Shown here: positions 37,845 through 43,816 of the stretch, in pieces
Position numbering within the stretch: the stretch's first letter is position 1
How the letters are laid out: the number at the start of each line of letters is the position of its first letter
NCBI GenBank assembly: GCA_027019685.1
Contig: JALUWH010000201.1
Location: 1 to 43,816, forward strand
Source of the DNA: Ghiorsea sp.
GTDB taxonomy: Bacteria; Pseudomonadota; Zetaproteobacteria; Mariprofundales; Mariprofundaceae
DNA length: 43,816 nt
Direction: 5' to 3'
Made by a program: the position numbers and the translations under genes
The notes under the pieces: model-generated
Told to the model about the DNA's origin: nothing
Seen by the model: only the letters and a program-made list of their open reading frames with translations
Databases searched by the model: none

Positions 37845-39161
37845 TTATCCTTGTTTAAGAAGTAGTATTAAACGATTGATTTCATCATCAAAACCTTGGT
37901 CTTGATTTCGTTCTTGTTGAATTTTCCGGTGTGCATATAAAATTGTTGTATGATCTTTTTTATCAAATTTATCTGCAATTTCAGGCATGGACATCTTGGT
38001 GAGTTCTTTACTAATATACATGGCAACTTGTCTAGGATAAGCAATATTGCGTTTACGAATTTTAGATTTCATATCTTGGATACGTACATTATAATAGTTA
38101 GCAACTTGTTTTTGAATCTCTTCAATCGTAATGGTTTTGGATTGAAGGTTGAGTTGATCGCGTAGCTTATCTTGAGCTAGTTCCATGGTTATGGGTTTCC
38201 CCGATAGTTTTGCATAAGCTGTTAAGCGTGTAAGTGCACCTTCTAACTCCCTAACATTACTAGATATTTTAGAAGCTAATAAAAAACAAATATCATCATC
38301 AAGTGTAATACCTGCTAATTCTACTTTGCTCTTTAAAATAGCCATACGTGTTTCAAAGTTAGGTGGTTGAATATCAGCAACTAGACCCCAATTAAACCGT
38401 GAACGTAATCGTTCTGCCAAATGTTTAATGGCTGAAGGGTCGCGGTCTGAAGTGAGTATGATTTGTTTTTGTGCTTTGTGTAAGGCATCAAAAGTATGGA
38501 AAAACTCTTCTTGTGTACTTTGTTTACCTTCAATAAACTGAATATCATCAATAATTAATACATCGACTTTACGATATTTATCACGAAATGCGGATGTTTT
38601 TTGTCCACGGATGGCATCAATGAGTTCGTTGGTGAAATGTTCACCTGTTCGGTACGCAATACGCACATCTTTATGGGCAACCAAATGGTTAGCAATGGCA
38701 TTAATAAGGTGTGTTTTACCTAAACCAACGCCACCATGAATATATAAAGGATTGTATTGTGCGCCGGGTTGGTCTGCAACAGCCAAACTAGCGGCATGAC
38801 AAAACTCATTACTTGAGCCAACAACAAAGTTTTCAAAGGTGAAACGTTCATCAATAAAACCATCAATATTTTGTTTTTGTGTAGATGTTTTGGTTTGTTG
38901 AACAGGGGCAAGTTCAATGGAGGCATCAATCAAGTATTCTATGTTAATATGGTGTAAGTTTAATGTTTGTAGTGCTTCTAAAATATATTGTTCGCAGTCA
39001 CTTTTGAGGCCATCAATAAAAAACTGATTGGGTACTTTTAGGGTTAAAGTATTGTCATCCAACTGTGTGGAAACAGGTTCAATCCATGCCCCCATTTTTG
39101 CAGGAGATAATTGTGGTGATAAACGTAGCTTAATGGTTTCCCATAATTCTTGATGATTCAT
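37845..39161 (-). CDS. dnaA: Chromosomal replication initiator DnaA
   Basis: FTFENFVVG.SN, YNPLYIHGGVGLGKTHL, LIIDDIQF, NVRELEGAL, PRQVAMY and DHTTI motifs. Confidence 0.98.
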   Translation of the reverse strand: MNHQELWETIKLRLSPQLSPAKMGAWIEPVSTQLDDNTLTLKVPNQFFIDGLKSDCEQYILEALQTLNLHHINIEYLIDASIELAPVQQTKTSTQKQNIDGFIDERFTFENFVVGSSNEFCHAASLAVADQPGAQYNPLYIHGGVGLGKTHLINAIANHLVAHKDVRIAYRTGEHFTNELIDAIRGQKTSAFRDKYRKVDVLIIDDIQFIEGKQSTQEEFFHTFDALHKAQKQIILTSDRDPSAIKHLAERLRSRFNWGLVADIQPPNFETRMAILKSKVELAGITLDDDICFLLASKISSNVRELEGALTRLTAYAKLSGKPITMELAQDKLRDQLNLQSKTITIEEIQKQVANYYNVRIQDMKSKIRKRNIAYPRQVAMYISKELTKMSMPEIADKFDKKDHTTILYAHRKIQQERNQDQGFDDEINRLILLLKQG

Positions 39162-39262
39162 GGCGTAAGCATAACCAAAAAAGCGGATAATTCACATGTG
39201 ATTATTATACATTGAAGGATTTCGTGGACGAATCTGTGTTTACTATTCAGTATTCACTCCTC

Positions 39263-40132
39263 ATGAAGAATCAACGAAACACAATTTTTGAAGAATACGC
39301 AGAAATATTGGCAAATGTATCCCATGAAGGGGATCAATGTATTATGCGTTTAAAAGCACCCAAAACAGCAAAAACAGCGAAACCAGGGCAATTTGTACAT
39401 ATTCGGGTTTCAGATGCGTTGCCATTGCGTCGTCCTATTTCTATCATGTTAACCAACCCAAGACAGGGCACCATAGATTTGTTGTACAAAAAAATTGGCA
39501 AAGGCACGGAGCAACTTGGGCAACGTAAGAAGGGTGAAGTTATACCCATGTTAGGACCGATTGGTGTGCCTTTTGATTTGTCAGACACAAGTAAACGTTA
39601 TGTTTTGATTGGTGGTGGTGTGGGTGTTCCACCTATGGTGTTCGTGGCGGACACACTGGTACAAAAAGCAGATTTAGTTTTATTTGCTGGGTCGGAAGTT
39701 CCTTTTCCTTTTGCCTTAAAACCCTCCACTTTTATGTTGCCTGGTATTGCAGGAAATACGACTTTAACCATATCTTCACTTGAAGAGCGTGGTATTGCCT
39801 GCAGATTGGCATCCAACGCAGGTTTATACGGTTGTTATGAAGGGCATGTGCCTGATTTGGCGAGAGATTATTTAAGTGCATTAAGTGATGAAGAGCGTGA
39901 CCGTTGTGTTTTATTATCTTGTGGGCCTCACCCTATGCTTCATGCTGTTGCTAAGTTGGGTCGGGATTTGAATATTCCTGCTCAATTAAGCTTAGAAGAG
40001 TATATGGCATGTGGTATTGGTGGTTGTGCTGGTTGTGTGGTAAAAACGATTGAAGATGGACAAGAAAAATATAAGCGTGTGTGTGTAGATGGCCCTGTGT
40101 TTGATGCAGAGCAGTTACCAGAATTTGCTTAA
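39263..40132 (+). CDS. pyrK: Dihydroorotate dehydrogenase B electron transfer subunit-like (FNR fold with 2Fe-2S)
   Basis: PGQFV, LRRPISI, GGGVGVPP, CGP.PML and EEYMACGIGGCAGC...RVCVDGPVF motifs. Confidence 0.85.
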   Translation: MKNQRNTIFEEYAEILANVSHEGDQCIMRLKAPKTAKTAKPGQFVHIRVSDALPLRRPISIMLTNPRQGTIDLLYKKIGKGTEQLGQRKKGEVIPMLGPIGVPFDLSDTSKRYVLIGGGVGVPPMVFVADTLVQKADLVLFAGSEVPFPFALKPSTFMLPGIAGNTTLTISSLEERGIACRLASNAGLYGCYEGHVPDLARDYLSALSDEERDRCVLLSCGPHPMLHAVAKLGRDLNIPAQLSLEEYMACGIGGCAGCVVKTIEDGQEKYKRVCVDGPVFDAEQLPEFA

Positions 40133-40169
40133 ACGTAAGAAGTTAGAATAGGAAAAACAGGAAGAACCT

Positions 40170-41339
40170 ATGAGTAGAAATTTTGTATTTACATCAGAGT
40201 CTGTGGGTGAAGGTCACCCTGATAAGGTTGCAGACCAAATATCAGATAGCGTATTGGATGCCATTTTAAAGCAAGACCCAACAGCACGTGTAGCGTGTGA
40301 AACTATGGTGAATACGGGTATGGTGATTTTATCAGGTGAAATTACCACATCTGCCATTATTGATTATCAAGAAATAGCGCGTAATGCCATCAAAGAAATT
40401 GGTTATAATTCATCAGAAATGGGTTTTGATTATGCTTCTTGTGCGGTGTTGGTGACCATGGATAAACAATCTGTGGATATCGCTGCGGGTGTGAATGAAG
40501 GCGAAGGTATTGATTTGGATCAAGGTGCTGGAGATCAAGGTTTGATGTTTGGTTATGCATCCAATGAAACGGATGTGTTGATGCCGATGCCAGTGCATTT
40601 GTCGCATCAGTTGATGGAAAAACAAGCAGAAGTTCGTAAATCTGGTGTGTTAAAATACTTGCGCCCTGATGCGAAATCACAAGTAACAGTGCGTTATGTA
40701 GACTCAAAACCTGTTGCTATTGATGCGGTGGTACTATCCACACAGCATTCAGCTGATGTTAGTCACGAAGATTTGGTAGCTGGTGTTATGCAAGAAATTA
40801 TTCACCCCGTGTTGGATAAAACAGGTTTGTTACACGATAAAACAGAATACCATATCAATCCAACAGGTAGGTTTGTGATTGGTGGCCCTGTAGGTGATTG
40901 TGGTGTGACAGGTCGTAAGATTATTGTGGATACCTATGGTGGGTTTGGTCATCATGGTGGTGGTGCATTTTCAGGTAAAGATCCGACAAAAGTGGATAGG
41001 TCTGCATGTTATATGATGCGTTATGTGGCGAAAAACATTGTGGCTGCAGGGTTGGCGGACAGGTGTGAAGTGCAAGTTGCTTATGCTATTGGTGTGGCGC
41101 ACCCGTTATCTGTGATGGTGAATACTTTTGGCACAGGTAATGTAGATGAAGCCAAGCTTGCAGAAGCGGTGCGTGAAGTATTTGATTTGCGCCCTAAAGG
41201 CATTGTACAAGAGCTTGATTTGTTGCGCCCGATTTATGCGAAAACAGCGGCTTATGGTCACTTTGGACGTGAACTTCCTGAATTTACTTGGGAAAAAACG
41301 GATAAAGTGGATGCATTAAAGGCAGCTGTAGGTATTTAA
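40170..41339 (+). CDS. metK: S-adenosylmethionine synthetase
   Basis: [31 protein letters not shown] and GGGAFSGKD motifs. Confidence 0.98.
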   Translation: MSRNFVFTSESVGEGHPDKVADQISDSVLDAILKQDPTARVACETMVNTGMVILSGEITTSAIIDYQEIARNAIKEIGYNSSEMGFDYASCAVLVTMDKQSVDIAAGVNEGEGIDLDQGAGDQGLMFGYASNETDVLMPMPVHLSHQLMEKQAEVRKSGVLKYLRPDAKSQVTVRYVDSKPVAIDAVVLSTQHSADVSHEDLVAGVMQEIIHPVLDKTGLLHDKTEYHINPTGRFVIGGPVGDCGVTGRKIIVDTYGGFGHHGGGAFSGKDPTKVDRSACYMMRYVAKNIVAAGLADRCEVQVAYAIGVAHPLSVMVNTFGTGNVDEAKLAEAVREVFDLRPKGIVQELDLLRPIYAKTAAYGHFGRELPEFTWEKTDKVDALKAAVGI

Positions 41340-41346
41340 TACTTGA

Positions 41347-41410
41347 AAGGCTCCTCCACTACGGTCGGAATGACAATGTTTTGTCACCTCGAACGAAGTT
41401 GAGAGGTCTT
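41347..41410. repeat. REP-like imperfect palindromic element
   Basis: GGCTCCTCCACTACGGTCGGAATGACA-atgttt-TGTCACCTCGAACGAAGTTGAGAGGTCT: two related arms in inverted orientation, joined through TGACA/TGTCA. Confidence 0.5.
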
Positions 41411-41422
41411 GTGAACAATTTA

Positions 41423-41507
41423 GACTGAGGAGCACTGCGCCGATGTTGTTTTATCATAAAAATAACATCGTTAGGCTCAGTCGTTTGAATAAAAACAACG
41501 GTGCTCA
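41423..41507 (+). ncRNA. SAH riboswitch
   Basis: GACTGAG-GAGCACTGC ... AGG-CTCAGTC (P1), long P2 CGATGTTGTTTT/AAAATAACATCG, and 3' AACGGTGCTCA pairing with GAGCAC (pseudoknot); directly upstream of ahcY. Confidence 0.88.
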
Positions 41508-41550
41508 TATTTTTATATCACGAAAGTGATGCTTTTATAGGAGTATGAGA

Positions 41551-42846
41551 ATGTCTGAATTTACAGATTATAAAGTCGCTGATATGTCATTGGCAGAATG
41601 GGGTCGCAAAGAAGTTAAAATTGCGGAAACAGAAATGCCTGGTTTGATGGCATTGCGCGAAGAATATGCAGGTAAAAAGCCATTGGCTGGTGCGCGTATT
41701 GTAGGCTGCTTGCATATGACCATTCAAACAGCGGTATTGATGGAAACATTGGTTGATTTGGGTGCAGAAGTCCGCTGGTCATCATGCAATATCTTTTCAA
41801 CACAAGACCAAGCTGCTGCAGCGATGGCTGCGGTTGGGATTCCAACATTTGCTTGGAAAGGTGAAACGGAAGAAGAATTTTGGTGGTGTATTGAGCAAAC
41901 CGTACATGGTCCAGATGCTTGGGTACCCAACCTAATTTTGGATGATGGTGGTGATGTTACCCAGCTTATTCATGACAAATACCCAGAGCTTTTAGAAGGC
42001 ATCAAAGGTTTATCTGAAGAAACAACAACGGGTGTTCACCGCCTTTATGAAATGGCGCGTGATGGCAAATTAAAAGTACCAGCAATTAATGTGAATGACT
42101 CAGTAACCAAATCGAAATTTGATAATCTTTATGGATGCCGTGAATCGTTGCTGGATGGTATCAAACGTGCAACAGATGTCATGATTGCGGGTAAAATTGC
42201 AATTGTTTTGGGTTACGGTGATGTGGGCAAAGGCTGTGCACAAGCATTTAAAGGTATGGGTGCAACGGTTTGGATAACAGAAATTGACCCCATTTGTGCG
42301 CTTCAAGCAGCAATGGAAGGTTATCGTGTCGTTGAAATGGATGATGCTTGTAAATTGGGCGATATTTTCGTAACAACAACAGGTAATTACCATGTGATTC
42401 AACATGACCACATGGTGAATATGAAAGACCAGTCTATCGTTTGTAATATTGGGCATTTCGACAATGAGATTGATGTAGCTTCGTTGAAACAATACGAGTG
42501 GGAAAATGTAAAACCACAAGTGGATCAAATTATCTTTCCAGATGGAAAACGTATTACCTTGTTGGCAGAAGGTCGTTTGGTCAATCTTGGTTGTGCTACA
42601 GGACACCCAAGTTTTGTGATGTCTGCATCATTCACCAACCAAGTGATGGCGCAAATTGAACTATGGGAAAACCATGCTAACTATGGTAACGAAGTATATG
42701 TATTGCCGAAACGCTTGGATGAAAAAGTGGCTCGTTTACACTTGGCAAAAATTGGCGTGAATTTAACTACTTTAACCCAAGAGCAAGCTGATTATATTAG
42801 TGTACCTGTTGAAGGTCCATATAAAGTAGATCATTACCGTTACTAG
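41551..42846 (+). CDS. ahcY: Adenosylhomocysteinase
   Basis: [42 protein letters not shown] and GHPSFVMS motifs; ATG 41551 fits AGGAG spacing. Confidence 0.98.
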   Translation: MSEFTDYKVADMSLAEWGRKEVKIAETEMPGLMALREEYAGKKPLAGARIVGCLHMTIQTAVLMETLVDLGAEVRWSSCNIFSTQDQAAAAMAAVGIPTFAWKGETEEEFWWCIEQTVHGPDAWVPNLILDDGGDVTQLIHDKYPELLEGIKGLSEETTTGVHRLYEMARDGKLKVPAINVNDSVTKSKFDNLYGCRESLLDGIKRATDVMIAGKIAIVLGYGDVGKGCAQAFKGMGATVWITEIDPICALQAAMEGYRVVEMDDACKLGDIFVTTTGNYHVIQHDHMVNMKDQSIVCNIGHFDNEIDVASLKQYEWENVKPQVDQIIFPDGKRITLLAEGRLVNLGCATGHPSFVMSASFTNQVMAQIELWENHANYGNEVYVLPKRLDEKVARLHLAKIGVNLTTLTQEQADYISVPVEGPYKVDHYRY

Positions 42847-42864
42847 GTAGATTTGTTCATTTCC

Positions 42865-43161
42865 ATGAATAAAACGTTTGTTTTGGGGGTGGCAGTGTTT
42901 TTAACACTGCCACTTTGGGGTTGTGCAGAAAAAACCAAAGTAGTGCAAAACAATCCTTCACCAGTAACCATAAAGTTTGATAAAAATGGTGATGGTATTA
43001 TTGATAGAATTGATTGGCGGCGTATGAAAGATACAGAAAAAAGTACTTATGCCCGTATGTCTCTTGAGGAAATTGGTGAAAACCCTGATGCGATTGTGAA
43101 AGGTAAACAAACGCGTGAGTTATTATTATTAGAAGGTTTAAATGCTGTTTATGGTAAATAA
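42865..43161 (+). CDS. Small lipoprotein with an EF-hand-like loop
   Basis: Lipobox LWGC; DKNGDGIIDRID loop. Confidence 0.65.
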   Translation: MNKTFVLGVAVFLTLPLWGCAEKTKVVQNNPSPVTIKFDKNGDGIIDRIDWRRMKDTEKSTYARMSLEEIGENPDAIVKGKQTRELLLLEGLNAVYGK

Positions 43162-43187
43162 ATAATCCAGATTTGTTCAGATAATCC

Positions 43188-43702
43188 TTAACATTCTGTA
43201 ATCGTTACCGCCAACCCAGCCAATGATGTTTCTTTAAATTTCACAGACATTTCTTCACCTGTTTGTTTCATCGCAGCAATACAATTATCCAAAGACATAA
43301 AATGTTCGCCTGTGCCATGCATAGCCAATGATGCGGCAGTGTAAGCTTTGATAGCACCAAACCCATTGCGTTCAATGCAGGGGACTTGTACAAGTCCGCC
43401 CACAGGGTCACAAGTCATGCTCAAATGATGTTCTAATGCCATTTCAGCGGCATGTTCAACCTGTTCGGGTGTTCCGCCTCGTACTGCGCACAATCCTGCT
43501 GCTGCCATCGCTGCAGCAGAGCCAACTTCACCCTGACAGCCGACTTCAGCACCAGAAATGGAACTGTTGTGTTTGATAATGCCTCCAATAGCACTGGCGG
43601 TTAATAAAAAATCGCGTACATCTTGTGTTGTACCGCCTTTATGTTGCATCCAATAATAAAGTACGGCTGGAATCACACCTGCAGCACCATTGGTGGGTGC
43701 AG
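43188..43702 (-). pseudogene. sdaA: L-serine dehydratase, 3' part, interrupted by an IS
   Basis: [28 protein letters not shown] and [23 protein letters not shown] motifs. Similarity stops at about 43703, where IS sequence begins. Confidence 0.85.
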
Positions 43703-43816
43703 TGGTAATCCCCCCGAAAAATGTTTGAGTTTATAAGTAGAATTTTCTAGTAATATAAACAGGAGATTTTACGATGAAGAAATCTAGGTATAGTGATAGT
43801 CAGATAATCAAAATTT
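43703..43816 (+). mobile_element. IS3-family insertion sequence (IS407-group-like), left end
   Basis: Starts TGGTAATCCCCCC (5'-TG terminus), AGGAG RBS, then an OrfA-like start. Confidence 0.85.
43774..43816 (+). CDS. IS3-family transposase OrfA, N-terminus (truncated by the window)
   Basis: MKKSRYSDSQIIKI..., a typical IS407-group OrfA start. Confidence 0.8.
   Translation, partial: MKKSRYSDSQIIKI

Noticed and set aside
30000-38000. AT-richer composition suggesting horizontal acquisition
   Set aside because: The region contains core origin-proximal genes (parAB, mnmG, dnaN); composition alone is not evidence of transfer.
8425-39262. Longest-ORF starts at 8425, 9350, 16768, 19892, 20952, 24596, 28455, 32934, 33499, 37603 and 39212
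   Set aside because: They overlap neighbours or lack an RBS. Downstream starts fit RBS position, stop-start coupling and domain boundaries better.
1-43816. tRNA, rRNA, prophage or integrase genes
   Set aside because: None recognised by eye; a tRNAscan/Infernal run would be needed to exclude small RNAs formally.

Overview
Bacterial chromosomal window spanning the replication origin. Phosphoribulokinase, LPS/Lpt genes, an alphaproteobacterial/plant-type GshA and moderate AT-richness suggest an autotrophic proteobacterium, possibly Zetaproteobacteria (inference only). Left to right: partial ribF; a TolC-MFP-RND efflux operon; gshA; a NusG-II + Gx-transporter pair; radC; a Sel1-repeat protein; glySQ; a variable region (15.4-20.5 kb); a long minus-strand run (mnmG-rsmG-parAB-M23 peptidase-kdsDC-lptCAB-ubiX-ubiK-[HpaII-like methylase + endonuclease]-comM-SDR-slyD-arsC) with two perfect parS sites; prk-dnaN-oriC-dnaA; pyrK-metK-SAH riboswitch-ahcY; and an sdaA gene interrupted by an IS3-family element at the right edge. 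The variable region holds a GST, a membrane-anchored iodothyronine-deiodinase-like gene, an AT-rich TIR/TIR/3-TM candidate anti-phage operon, and a ydeI-like gene bracketed by a duplicated arsC 3' end. The best candidates for undescribed biology are the Thoeris-like TIR-TIR-membrane effector operon, which lacks a canonical ThsA, and the Cys-type deiodinase homologue with four TM helices. No database searches were run; family calls rest on recognised motifs.
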